Part shown: piece by piece, positions 27,048 to 37,282 of the stretch | Position numbering within the stretch: position 1 is the first letter of the stretch | How the letters are laid out: each line of letters starts with the position of its first letter | DNA from: Promethearchaeota archaeon | Lineage (GTDB): Archaea; Asgardarchaeota; Lokiarchaeia; Sigyniarchaeales; SOKP01 | DNA length: 55,277 bases | Direction: 5' to 3' | NCBI GenBank assembly: GCA_019057865.1 | Contig: JAHLWP010000030.1 | Span: 1 to 55,277, forward strand | The notes under the pieces: generated by a model | What the model saw: only the letters and a program-made list of their open reading frames with translations | What the model was told of the DNA's origin: nothing | Databases searched by the model: none | Made by a program: the position numbers and the translations under genes

Positions 27048-27168
27048 CCCAAAGCTTTAATTCTAATAAAGTTATATTAAATCCCTTTACTCTTAAATTA
27101 TTAAAGTCTAATCAAATCATTTTTTTTAAATAAGAGGAAGATATTTTTAATCGGAGATTATATAAAAT

Positions 27169-28350
27169 ATGAGTAATGATTTTGATTTAATTAGACAATA
27201 TCCTTGGCTTCCTTCTTTAAAAATATATCGTTCAGATCTTGCTTCTATAAATCCTATAGAATTCATTAAAGATATTATTACAGATCCTTCTAAAGAGGTT
27301 CTATGGGATAGAATCTATGAATTCTTCAAATCTGCTTTTGATAATTTAGAATATTTCTCTTATTACAAAATAGATGATTTAAACATCTACTTCTATTTAT
27401 CTTTAAGGATGTTGTTAATTATACTCAATAACAAATCTATTTCTTATAGAGTAGCAAACTTATATTCTAAAATAACGTATAATGAACTAGCAACTGAAAA
27501 TGATTCTAATTTATATTCAATCTGTAAAGATTTAAAACTTGACATTAAATATGAGCAAGAGCCAATCATATTTAGGAAAATTGCTATAAAAGATCAACTA
27601 GAAACCTTACAAACCAAATTTAAAATACATTTTTCAGATTATTTAAAATTATCCTCTCGATTAAAGGATGATTTTCGAAAATTGATAAATAATGCTCTTA
27701 AAGATGGATATGTATATCTCCGTCCTAAGAGCCTTAGTAGATTAATACAAGAGTATGTACGTATGAAAATCTTAAAATTTGAGGGAGATATTGAGAATAT
27801 AAATAAACTCAAAGAAGATCTACTAAAAGTTCAGGAATTTAAAGATTTGTATGATAGTATAATAGCAGATTGGGAGTTGAAAAAAGAAAGGTTTGAGTAT
27901 TCTTTTGAAACAGCATTTAAAAAGGGAGAAGACATATCAAAAAATTTTCCTACATGTATGAATGAGATTCTAGTGAAAGCAGAAATAGGTCAAAACCTTC
28001 AACACACTGAAAGACTAATCATTGTTTTCTTTTTATTAGCTCTTAATTGCCCAAAAGAATTTATAATTAATATTTTTTCAAAACAACCAGACTATGACGA
28101 AAACAAAACCACATACCAAGTAGAATTCGCAAAAAAAAAAGGTTATGTTCCTCATGCATGTTCGACAATTAAGTCATTAAATTTATGTATGGCTCAAAAG
28201 CACAATGATAAATTATGCTTAGATGGCTATTTTTCAAAAAAGAATAATAAACAGAAAAAAATCTCTCATCCATTATTTTACGTTCAATTTAAACAATATC
28301 ATTCCGCTAAGCTCAAAAATAAGGATAAAATTCAAGAAAAAAATGACTGA
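27169..28350 (+). CDS. priL: DNA primase large subunit
   Basis: YPWL, FPTCM, NLQHTER and TYQVE...Y..HACSTIK...C Fe-S motifs. Confidence 0.9.
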   Translation: MSNDFDLIRQYPWLPSLKIYRSDLASINPIEFIKDIITDPSKEVLWDRIYEFFKSAFDNLEYFSYYKIDDLNIYFYLSLRMLLIILNNKSISYRVANLYSKITYNELATENDSNLYSICKDLKLDIKYEQEPIIFRKIAIKDQLETLQTKFKIHFSDYLKLSSRLKDDFRKLINNALKDGYVYLRPKSLSRLIQEYVRMKILKFEGDIENINKLKEDLLKVQEFKDLYDSIIADWELKKERFEYSFETAFKKGEDISKNFPTCMNEILVKAEIGQNLQHTERLIIVFFLLALNCPKEFIINIFSKQPDYDENKTTYQVEFAKKKGYVPHACSTIKSLNLCMAQKHNDKLCLDGYFSKKNNKQKKISHPLFYVQFKQYHSAKLKNKDKIQEKND

Positions 28351-29620
28351 AAAGTTTTATTTAAAACGGATTTTTCAACGGTACTATGAAGAGAATTACT
28401 CTAAAATTCCAATGGTTAGTTTTTTCAATAAACGAGAATATGGTTTCATCCCTTGGGAAGAACAAGTAATGGAAAGACATCTTAGCTTTGAAAATTCCAA
28501 AAATTTAATAGATTTTTTTAAAATAAAAGCTCCAAGACATGCTTATTCAAGTGGTTCACTTTATTCTCAACCAGAAATTCCAGATATGGAAGGAAAAGGT
28601 TATCAAGGTTGTGATTTGCTCATAGATATTGATATAGATCATTTTTATACTCCATGTAAAGAGGAGCATGATATCTGGCATTGTAAAGAATGCGATAAAA
28701 GAGGAAAAGGAATGCCAGAGAAATGTCCTAAATGTGGAAATTTAAAATTAGAAAGATTGAGTTGGATTTGTGAAGATTGTTTAAATGTAGCTAAAAATGA
28801 AATGATCAAATTAATTTATGATTTTTTAATTCCCGATTTTGAGATTAATCCAGAAGATATAAAAATTGCATTTTCAGGTCATAGAGGATACCATTTAAAA
28901 ATTGAAAACGAAAAAGTAAGATCTTTGTCAAGTGAAGAAAGAAGGGAAATAACTGATTATGTAACAGGCCAAAACATATCATTTGAAATTTTAGGATTAA
29001 GAGAACATAGTAATATTGTTTATGGTTTTTTCAAAGATAATATTGGCTGGGCAGAAAAAATAATGAACTTTATAGTGGAATTATTAAAAAAACCTAATTC
29101 TGAAATTAATAAACTATTAATTGATAATCGAAAATTTGGATTTAAATCACCAACTATAAAATCATTATTAAATTATAAAGATGATTTTCTGGAAATGTTA
29201 TCTAATAACGAAAGAAATATGTGGTCAATAGAAGGTTTTTCGCCAAACACATGGAAAAAATTTTTAAGAAGTATTGTGAAAGAAATTGGAGTGGAAATTG
29301 ATATACCTGTTACAATTGATATTCATAGACTTATTAGATATCCCGGTTCTTTACATGGGAAAACAGGGTTTAAAGTCCAAGAAATTTTTCTAGATGAATT
29401 TGATGATTTTAACCCTTTAAATGAAAGTAAGGAGAAACTTGATCCAATTGTATTTCTAGGTAAAAAAGAAACCCATAAAATTCAAATCATTGAACATGAT
29501 GTGCCAGAAACGAGAATTAAAGGAAAAAAATATGGTCCTTACAAAAAAGGAGATATAATTGAAGTACCCCACCATATAGCCATTTTTTTATTATGTAGAG
29601 AAGTAGCAAAATTAAGTTAG
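28343..29620 (+). CDS. priS: DNA primase small subunit
   Basis: REYGF, DIDID, FSGHRGYH and DIHRLIRYPGSLHGKTG motifs; likely start ATG 28343. Confidence 0.95.
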   Translation: MTEKFYLKRIFQRYYEENYSKIPMVSFFNKREYGFIPWEEQVMERHLSFENSKNLIDFFKIKAPRHAYSSGSLYSQPEIPDMEGKGYQGCDLLIDIDIDHFYTPCKEEHDIWHCKECDKRGKGMPEKCPKCGNLKLERLSWICEDCLNVAKNEMIKLIYDFLIPDFEINPEDIKIAFSGHRGYHLKIENEKVRSLSSEERREITDYVTGQNISFEILGLREHSNIVYGFFKDNIGWAEKIMNFIVELLKKPNSEINKLLIDNRKFGFKSPTIKSLLNYKDDFLEMLSNNERNMWSIEGFSPNTWKKFLRSIVKEIGVEIDIPVTIDIHRLIRYPGSLHGKTGFKVQEIFLDEFDDFNPLNESKEKLDPIVFLGKKETHKIQIIEHDVPETRIKGKKYGPYKKGDIIEVPHHIAIFLLCREVAKLS

Positions 29621-29684
29621 TAAATAATAAAATTTTATGTGAATTTAATTTATTATTTACTATTAAGTATCAATTTCAATTTTT

Positions 29685-30353
29685 ATGGACTTAAGAAAGG
29701 ATTACGAGAAGTTATACCAACATTGGCTTAATGAATTTCAACAAACAGAATTAACAGCTCTATCTCAAGATATTTTCGATGACTATAAAAGAATTATCAA
29801 CTATATAAACGATTATGAAGAAGAGAAAAAAGACAATATAAAGAGTCAATTATTAGAATCTTATAAGAATAATTTCAACTATTTATTTAAGGATCTTTTA
29901 AAGATTCGAAAAATAAAAATAATCAATTTCGCTTTTGCATTGGAAGAGATTGATTTAGATAACGTTATTGAAGCTGAAAAATTGTTCTATCAAAGTTTAG
30001 TAAGTTCTATTAAAGGATATAAGAAAGTAAAGAGATATTCTATTTATGGAGAAATTGAGGATATAATTCCTGAAAAAATAGGTATAATAGAAGCAGGTAA
30101 AGAAATCCGGAGTGTAAAACCTAAAATGTTGAGTGAGGATAAAATTACTAAGATTTCTGAATCAGCAATTAAAGAAAGAAAGGAAAATTTTAATTATACT
30201 CTAATAAGAATTTTGAAAAAAACCCCTCCATTAGTCGGAATTGATCTTATAAATTATGGTCCATTTGAAAAAGAAGATATTGCAAATTTGCCTTTTGAGA
30301 ACGCTAAAATCCTTATTTATGAAAAATTTGCAGAAAAAATAGAACTCTCTTAA
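29685..30353 (+). CDS. GINS subunit (Gins15-type)
   Basis: C-terminal B domain LVGIDLINYGPFEKEDIANLP; follows priS. Confidence 0.85.
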   Translation: MDLRKDYEKLYQHWLNEFQQTELTALSQDIFDDYKRIINYINDYEEEKKDNIKSQLLESYKNNFNYLFKDLLKIRKIKIINFAFALEEIDLDNVIEAEKLFYQSLVSSIKGYKKVKRYSIYGEIEDIIPEKIGIIEAGKEIRSVKPKMLSEDKITKISESAIKERKENFNYTLIRILKKTPPLVGIDLINYGPFEKEDIANLPFENAKILIYEKFAEKIELS

Positions 30354-30354
30354 G

Positions 30355-30540
30355 TTATTTAAATTTCTTATCAAAATCTTCTTTGAAATATTTTAATCGA
30401 TATTTTCCATACTTATCCATTAAAGAGAATTTAGGTGGTTTAGGATTTATTAATTGACCACCACAATAACGGCATTTTGATTCTGGATTCTGTATTCCGT
30501 ATCTATTACATTCTTTACATTTTTGAAGATATTTTGTCAT
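30355..30540 (-). CDS. nop10: H/ACA RNP protein Nop10
   Basis: CKEC...CRYCGG...PPKFSLMDKYGKYR. Confidence 0.92.
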   Translation of the reverse strand: MTKYLQKCKECNRYGIQNPESKCRYCGGQLINPKPPKFSLMDKYGKYRLKYFKEDFDKKFK

Positions 30541-30545
30541 ATTTA

Positions 30546-31367
30546 TTAGTCTCGAATAAATTCAAAACTACCATTATATTGTTCTGTTTTTTGCTCGATA
30601 ATTTCAAGAGCATCTGATAAAATATTTTCTGCGTCTAAATAATCTTTTGTTATAATTTCTAATTGATAAAGCGGTGCCGCAATATAACTTATATTTATAC
30701 TTCGCGTCTCTTTTGACTCAATTATTCCCTTAGCTTCAATCAAAGATTCTTTGATTTGGTCAATTCCATTTTCAGAGTTAAACGATAGTCTTATTTTTCC
30801 TGATATGTTTACCGTTGAAATCTTTACATTTTCTTCGATGATTTTTAATAATATTTTCTTAACTTCTTCTGACACACCTTCTAAATCATCTAAAATTTCA
30901 ATACCACTTTCTTTAAGGACTTCAAGAGCTTCTTGATAAGAGTCAAACTGGTTTAGAACTGACCAACCAATCAAATCATAAGCTTGATCTAGAGTAAGAT
31001 TAATACCTTCTGTTTCAATAAGAAATTGTAATAAATTTTCGAATTTAACAGCATATTTCCATTCTTTTAACCTATTTTCTTTCTGAGCAGAATTAACTCT
31101 TCTTAATGATAAATCAACATGTCCTTTTTGTGGATCAACTCTTAATACTCGAAGAACAACTCTTTGACCGATTCTAACATAATTACGGATGTTCTTTATC
31201 CACCTTGATGATATTTCAGATATATGAATGAATCCTTTTGCGAATTCTTCAGATTCTAATCCTGTATAATCAACTAAATCTACATAGACATATTGGTTTT
31301 CAACCTGCTTTATTTTGCCAATTAAAAATTCTCCTTCTCTTGGGAAATTAGTTCTACTTTTAACCAT
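30546..31367 (-). CDS. eif2a: translation initiation factor 2 alpha
   Basis: S1 domain IHISEISSRWIKNIR and VLRVDPQKGHVDLSLRRV; likely start ATG 31367. Confidence 0.95.
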   Translation of the reverse strand: MVKSRTNFPREGEFLIGKIKQVENQYVYVDLVDYTGLESEEFAKGFIHISEISSRWIKNIRNYVRIGQRVVLRVLRVDPQKGHVDLSLRRVNSAQKENRLKEWKYAVKFENLLQFLIETEGINLTLDQAYDLIGWSVLNQFDSYQEALEVLKESGIEILDDLEGVSEEVKKILLKIIEENVKISTVNISGKIRLSFNSENGIDQIKESLIEAKGIIESKETRSINISYIAAPLYQLEIITKDYLDAENILSDALEIIEQKTEQYNGSFEFIRD

Positions 31368-31509
31368 AATCTCGATTATATTTATGTTTAATATCAATTA
31401 TTATAAATTCTTAATTTTATTTAATGTTCTATTATTATTTTATTTTATTATCTTATAAAATACCTATTAATATGAAAAAAAAAAGAGTTATTATAAAATT
31501 ACATAAGGA

Positions 31510-31989
31510 TTATAATACTGGCAAAAAGTATATAATTCTAACAGCGTATAAGAAACCTCTTATTATGAAAAAAAGTGCAGCCAACCCTAGATACCGTTCA
31601 CCTAATTCAACGCTATAAGCTAGTAAAAAACTTCCAGCAGCAATATTTAATGCTACTCCAATATAGAAAAAAATCCAACCCATTGTTTTAATGGCTTCAT
31701 CGGGAGCAGACACATCTAAATAGATATAAGAATTAATAATTGCGATAAAAATTAAGTCCAATACTCCGGCGATAACCCAGAAAAGTCCTATAAATTTAAT
31801 AGCTCTCTCATATCTACTCGTATCTTTTAGTCCGAAGAGAGTGAAAATAACTCCATAACTAATGATACTTATAATTCCAGAGATTAAAATCTCTAAAGTC
31901 CAAAAAATTGAGTTATAATCTGCTACTCCAATTAAATTAAGTAAAAATTGAAAAAGTGGTGGCAATATCAGAAGCCAAAAGAGGTTGAT
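31510..31989 (-). pseudogene. membrane protein, probably 5'-truncated
   Basis: Hydrophobic frame open to 31989 with no ATG at its 5' end; abuts the clostripain remnant head-to-head. Confidence 0.45.
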
Positions 31990-33032
31990 TTACTTTCAGG
32001 AGGAGCGCGTATGTATATTTATCTTTCAAGCATCAATCCTTCTTGGAACGTTGAACTTAATATGGGTAACCCAGATACTCTATATTATGTTCTTAAATAT
32101 TGCATAGATAATTATCCCTCAGACCATTATTGGGTTATCCTAGATAATCATGGTGGGGCTTATAACGGAGTTTGTTGGGATGATTCATGGGGGGATCATC
32201 TTTCTATCGGGGATCTCAAAACTACTTTTTCTAGCATTGCTTCTTACTTGGGTCGTAAGTTTGATGGAATTTATTTTCATGCCTGTTTAATGTCTAACTT
32301 GGAGGGCGCTGTACAATTATCACCTTATGTTGGTTACATAGTTGGTTTTGAACCTTCAGTTACGATGGGAGAGTTTAATTTGGATAATGATGTAGTAGTA
32401 AACACACTTGTGACCAACCCTTCTATATCACCTCGGGATTTTGCTATTGAACTAATAAACCAAGCATTTATTTCTGAAATGGGTGATACACTCATAGCTG
32501 CTGTAAAATTAAGTATAACTCAAGATCTTATAGATGATATCGATAATTTAGCTACTCAACTAATGAAAATTTTAATATTTATGGAAAAGAAATAAGAGAT
32601 GCAAGAGATGCTTCTGAAAGTTGGTATGGACCCCCTACGCGATTGGTAGATTTCATTGATTTCTTACAGGAGCTATACGAGAGAGTTCCTAACCAAATGA
32701 TTCGTTATTATACCTTAGAAATAATGAGGGGTTTAGGCCCAAGTGATCAAGACTATGCCATTATAAAGCACCGTAAGGGAAGTTTAAGGTATTATATGCA
32801 CGGATTATCCGTATATTTCCCACTTGATTTATCAACTTATAGTTCCCATTATGAAATAGAAAGTGATTTCTGTGCATTAACTAATTGGGAAGAATTCCTT
32901 CATGTGTTCTATGCGAATGATGTTACTGGAGCATTAACTCCTTTTGGAAATTCTTATGTATTCCTCATAATTCTTGGCGCAGTACCTCTAATTATTATTG
33001 GAGGAAGGAATGTAATATTTAAGAAGAGATAA
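31984..33032 (+). pseudogene. clostripain (C11) peptidase, N-terminally truncated, frameshifted near 32562
   Basis: ELNMGNPDTL, YPSDHYWVILDNHGG, FHACLM and GLSVYFP motifs with a C-terminal TM anchor, split over two frames. Confidence 0.8.
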
Positions 33033-33256
33033 TTAACTTTTTTATTTTTTTCAATTTAAACCTAAATTTCTATTAAGAGAAAATAAACATGAACTATATG
33101 AAGATCTTAAATAAGCAACTTTATTTTACCAAAACTTAACACCCTAATTATAGTAAAAAATATATATAGAATATCATTAAAGTAGTTATCATTTAATTTA
33201 AAATTAGAAATTATTCAAAATTAATTAGTAAAAAATAATATGAGTATTGATTAAAC

Positions 33257-34555
33257 ATGCCAGAAAAACAACACTTAAATTTAGTAATTATAGGTCATAT
33301 TGACCACGGGAAAAGCACAATGATGGGTGCTTTACTCATAGAAACAGGCGCAGTTACCGATAGAGAAGCGAGAGAACTAGAAAAATTAGCAAAGGAATAT
33401 GACAGAGATTCTTGGTCCTATGCTTTCGTCTTTGATAAATTAAAAGAAGAGCGACAACGTGGTATTACTATTGATCTAGCTTTTCGAAAATTTGAAACTC
33501 CAAATCGTTATTTCACAATTATAGATGCTCCTGGTCATGCCGATTTCGTTAAAAACATGATTACAGGGGCGTCCCAAGCTGATGCAGCCATTCTTGTTGT
33601 ATCTGGTAAGAAAGGTGAAATGGAAGTTGGAATAGCGGCTAATGGGCAAACTCGTGAGCACGCTTATTTAGCACAGACTTTAGGCGTAAAACAAGTTGTT
33701 GTTGCCATAAATAAAGCTGATATTTATGATTATTCTGAGGCAAGATTTAATGAGTGCAAGGAAGCAATCGGTGATCTTCTAAAAAATATTGGCTTCAAGC
33801 TTAAAGAAGTACCTTTTGTACCAACAAGTGGAATGGCAATGGAGAATTTATCAAATAAAAGTGATAAAATGCCTTGGTATGATGGTCCAACTTTGATCGA
33901 TGCAATTGATCAATTTTCAATTCCAGAAAAACCTCTAGATAAACCATTAAGACTTCCAATTCAAGATGCATATAGTATCAAAGGAACTGGAGTTGTTCCT
34001 GTTGGAAGAGTAGAAACTGGAGTATTGAAGAAAGGTGATAAAATCATTATAATGCCAACTGGCTTCGAAGGTGAAATCAGAAGCATTGAGATGCATCATG
34101 AAGAGATTCCTCAGGCGGAACCTGGAGATAATATAGGTTTCAGCATCCGAGGTATTGAAATGGAAGATGTTGGTAGAGGTGATTGCCTAGGACATCCTAG
34201 TGATCCTCCAACCGTAATAACACCAAAAGGAAAATGGACTGGTCAGATAATAGTTATATGGCATCCAACAGCAATAGCTCAAGGATACACACCTGTAATT
34301 CACGCACACACTGCTCAGATAGCAGCTAAATTTACTGGTTTAATTAAAAAACTTGATCAGAAAACTGGAGCAGTTATTGAAGATTCACCGAAATTTTTAA
34401 AGAAAAATGAAGCTGCAATTGTTGAATTATCTCCAATCAAGAAAATGTGTCTTGAGAAATATGAAGATATTCCAGAAATGGGTCGATTTGCTGTAAGGGA
34501 TATGGGGAGAACTGTAGCGGTTGGGATTGTAAAAGACCTAACCACAGGAGCATAA
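33257..34555 (+). CDS. tuf: elongation factor 1-alpha
   Basis: GHIDHGKST, RGITID, DAPGH, NKAD and GRFAVRDM motifs. Confidence 0.98.
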   Translation: MPEKQHLNLVIIGHIDHGKSTMMGALLIETGAVTDREARELEKLAKEYDRDSWSYAFVFDKLKEERQRGITIDLAFRKFETPNRYFTIIDAPGHADFVKNMITGASQADAAILVVSGKKGEMEVGIAANGQTREHAYLAQTLGVKQVVVAINKADIYDYSEARFNECKEAIGDLLKNIGFKLKEVPFVPTSGMAMENLSNKSDKMPWYDGPTLIDAIDQFSIPEKPLDKPLRLPIQDAYSIKGTGVVPVGRVETGVLKKGDKIIIMPTGFEGEIRSIEMHHEEIPQAEPGDNIGFSIRGIEMEDVGRGDCLGHPSDPPTVITPKGKWTGQIIVIWHPTAIAQGYTPVIHAHTAQIAAKFTGLIKKLDQKTGAVIEDSPKFLKKNEAAIVELSPIKKMCLEKYEDIPEMGRFAVRDMGRTVAVGIVKDLTTGA

Positions 34556-34732
34556 CACGTCTTTTTTTTTGAATTTTTTTATTATATATTACTTATTTAT
34601 TTGTTTTTTTGAAATTTTTAGGATTTTTATCATTATTCGTATATAAAATTAGATCTATAACATCGCTGGATTCTTTTTAGAATACTCTCATGATATGTGA
34701 ATATTATTTTAATTTTTGAAGTCTTAGTAATT

Positions 34733-34763
34733 TTTTCTAATTAAGGTATTCTTAATTAGAAAA
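34733..34763. promoter_or_regulatory. 13-bp perfect inverted repeat abutting the GTPase SD site
   Basis: TTTTCTAATTAAG-GTATT-CTTAATTAGAAAA. Confidence 0.5.
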
Positions 34764-34775
34764 GGTTGATTTAAA

Positions 34776-35249
34776 GTTCTTAGAACAAAGACTAAAATAT
34801 GCTTTTTAGGAAATAGTGGTGTAGGAAAAACTTCTTTACTTTGCTTGCTGCAAGGCAGAAATATTCCAAATGAAAGAAATCCAACTGTTGGTTTAGAAAT
34901 AGAGAATTCTTTACTTAATGGTAATAAGGTAAATATATGGGATTTGGGAGGCCAAGAAAGATATCAATTCATGTGGGAAGACTTTGTAAAAGGGGCTGGA
35001 TTAGCCATTTTGGTATGTGATTCTACGGAAGAGGATGTTAAAAAAACTAAAGAGATTTTTGAAAAATTTTCTAAATATCTAGATACGAAAATAATTGCTA
35101 TCGCGAACAAGCAAGATCTTCCTGGTGCTTTAAGTGCTAAAAAAGTTCAAAAAAAGCTAGGTATAAAAACATATGGAATGTCAGCAATAAGGCTGGAATT
35201 GCATGAAAGAATGAGGAATATTTTAGAATACGAGATTAGTACAAATTAA
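34776..35249 (+). CDS. Arf/Rab-like small GTPase
   Basis: GNSGVGKT (upstream of the ORF-track start), PTVG, WDLGGQ, NKQD and SA motifs. The frame is open from 34770 and the start codon is uncertain. Confidence 0.88.
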   Translation, partial: VLRTKTKICFLGNSGVGKTSLLCLLQGRNIPNERNPTVGLEIENSLLNGNKVNIWDLGGQERYQFMWEDFVKGAGLAILVCDSTEEDVKKTKEIFEKFSKYLDTKIIAIANKQDLPGALSAKKVQKKLGIKTYGMSAIRLELHERMRNILEYEISTN

Positions 35250-35304
35250 ATGTCAAAATTATTGTCGTTTTAAAAACAATATTCTTTTTAGTTTAGGATC
35301 ATTC

Positions 35305-35862
35305 TTAAAAGATTCTTCCAATTAAATGTGCTAATCTAACGCATTCAGGTAGTTTTGAATCGATATTGATTTTATTTAGTAATGCTTCAACTTCTGCAAT
35401 TTTAAGTCCCTTAGAATGAAAAAAGACTCTTGAAAATCCACCAGCAGTATTTATATCTGTTTCATATAATTCTCCAGCATTAAAAATATTTTTAATTTTA
35501 TTATTGTAATTGGATGGGAATTTTTTTATCAAAGCTTTTATGACAGAATCAAGATCTACTTTCTTTTCAGTAACAGCAATTATTGGCTTACCTGTTTCAT
35601 GATAGATTTCTTCTAAATCAACAATATTGAAACCCCCAAACGTGATTGTGTGAGTTAAAATATATTGGATATTTTCATTTTGTTTTACAAGTTTTATCAA
35701 ATTCTCAGTTGCATCATTTCCATCAATAACTATTTCACATTTAACGACTTTAACCATTCTTATTCCCTGACACAAAACTCCTATTAGTTGAGTTGTTTCT
35801 GAACCAGTTTTAAGCTCGAATGTAGCATCATCAAATCCGATGGTTATGGGATTATCTTTCAT
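35305..35862 (-). CDS. DUF99 family (endonuclease V-like) protein
   Basis: IGFDD, VIDGNDAT, ITFGGFNIVD and LPECVRLAHLI motifs. Confidence 0.85.
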   Translation of the reverse strand: MKDNPITIGFDDATFELKTGSETTQLIGVLCQGIRMVKVVKCEIVIDGNDATENLIKLVKQNENIQYILTHTITFGGFNIVDLEEIYHETGKPIIAVTEKKVDLDSVIKALIKKFPSNYNNKIKNIFNAGELYETDINTAGGFSRVFFHSKGLKIAEVEALLNKINIDSKLPECVRLAHLIGRIF

Positions 35863-35866
35863 TTTA

Positions 35867-36319
35867 TCATTTCTCAGGTAAGAATTTTCTAATATTAATA
35901 AATAAATTAGTAAAAGCTATAGTGGCACTTTTAATTTCTTCAGATCTATTTGTTAAATCGCCTGATAATTTATTAGTAAGAAAACCTATGATTTCATTTA
36001 AAGTCAAATTTTTACTTAACCATACATAAGCAACTAGAGCTTCTCCAGTGTCAGCGAGATCATGAGCATCAGCTCTGTTTTTCGCAAAATCTTTCATATC
36101 AGCATTTTTTAATGCATTTGCCAGAATCTGTTTGCTAACTTTAGAACCAGTTCTGTATATTTTATGTTGTAAATTATTTTTAGTCAAAAAAATGGACTTG
36201 GCAACCGAGTATGCAAGATTAACTATTCCGTCTCCTATTTTTGCTAAGCCTTTGTCAGTTCCTATGCTCTTTTGAGATTTAAATCTATTTAAGTCCTCAA
36301 TTAAAAACTCATAATCCAT
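35867..36319 (-). CDS. archaeal RNase III-like domain protein
   Basis: LAKIGDGIVNL and ADTGEALVAY resemble RNase III signature helices. Confidence 0.7.
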   Translation of the reverse strand: MDYEFLIEDLNRFKSQKSIGTDKGLAKIGDGIVNLAYSVAKSIFLTKNNLQHKIYRTGSKVSKQILANALKNADMKDFAKNRADAHDLADTGEALVAYVWLSKNLTLNEIIGFLTNKLSGDLTNRSEEIKSATIAFTNLFINIRKFLPEK

Positions 36320-36378
36320 TAAGATAAGTTGAATTATTGCTTCTTATAAATTTTTCATAAAAAAAGATGAATATTAAT

Positions 36379-36903
36379 TTAAGTAATCTTTTTAAATAGC
36401 TTATGAACTTCTGTTACTTCATCTCTTAAAGATTCAATCCCTTTATGAAGAATCTCTTTAATTTTATATTTTTTTAAATTTTCAAGTCTGATGAAAATGG
36501 TTGAAGGTTCAAGTTTAATATCTTTATAAGCAGCAATATTTACTCCTTCGATCTCTAAAAGATGTTTAACAAGAATATTACAAAATCCATGAGATTGCCC
36601 TTCAACAATTAACTCATAATCATTCTTACCAATATCCTTCTTTATTTTTAGATTCAGATATCTATAACTAGGAAATTTAACTTCTTCTTCTTCCATCTCA
36701 TATTCTAATTCTTCTTCTGGATATTCGCTAACTTCATTATCTACAGTTGAGGGTATTCCTGATTTATCATCATCTTCCTTTGTTTCCTTTTCTAATTTAG
36801 GATAAACGCTCTCAAAATCCTCATCTTCCAACAATTCATCTTCTAATTCATCGAATTCATCGTCTTTCTCTTCTTTTGGTTTAGCTGACTTTTTCTTTGC
36901 CAT
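36379..36903 (-). CDS. rpoL: RNA polymerase subunit L (Rpo11) with acidic N-terminal extension
   Basis: VEGQSHGFCNILVKHLLEIEGVNIAAY; csl4-rpoL context. Confidence 0.8.
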   Translation of the reverse strand: MAKKKSAKPKEEKDDEFDELEDELLEDEDFESVYPKLEKETKEDDDKSGIPSTVDNEVSEYPEEELEYEMEEEEVKFPSYRYLNLKIKKDIGKNDYELIVEGQSHGFCNILVKHLLEIEGVNIAAYKDIKLEPSTIFIRLENLKKYKIKEILHKGIESLRDEVTEVHKLFKKIT

Positions 36904-36991
36904 TATTTTAACTCCAAATTATTCGGATTTGTTAATAATAATAGGTTATAAAATAAATTTTTTATGGTTTACTGAATAACAAAACAAAATT

Positions 36992-37270
36992 TTATAAGTA
37001 TCGATGTGCCAAATCTTTTAATCTTTCACATGCTAAATATTGAAGATCTCTAGTTCCAAATAATGTTATTTTTATATCTTTTCCTTCAACAGTAATATTT
37101 AAATTAAGATAATCTATTTTTTTGTGAACGTCTTCAAGAAATTTAACTACATTATCTAAAGAACCGCTATTATTGTAAAAATGAACAACTTTTCTTCCTG
37201 CTTTTCTCAAAAATTTACCCTTATTTAATTCAATTGGAGTGTGATATATATCTAATAAATAAATTCTCAC
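36992..37270 (-). CDS. hypothetical protein
   Basis: 92-aa ORF in the operon between csl4 and rpoL. Confidence 0.55.
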   Translation of the reverse strand: MRIYLLDIYHTPIELNKGKFLRKAGRKVVHFYNNSGSLDNVVKFLEDVHKKIDYLNLNITVEGKDIKITLFGTRDLQYLACERLKDLAHRYL

Positions 37271-37282
37271 TTAAGTTATAAA

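Noticed and set aside
28223-28342. 40-aa N-terminal extension of PriS
   Set aside because: It overlaps the priL coding region; ATG 28343 gives a normal short overlap.
32555-32645. Clostripain frameshift as an intron
   Set aside because: It looks like a single-base loss near CAACTAATGAAAAT, with no inserted hairpin.
34715-34780. The hairpin upstream of the GTPase as an intron supplying a start codon
   Set aside because: The best BHB-like cut creates an in-frame TAA, and the nearby upstream ATGs are closed by stops.
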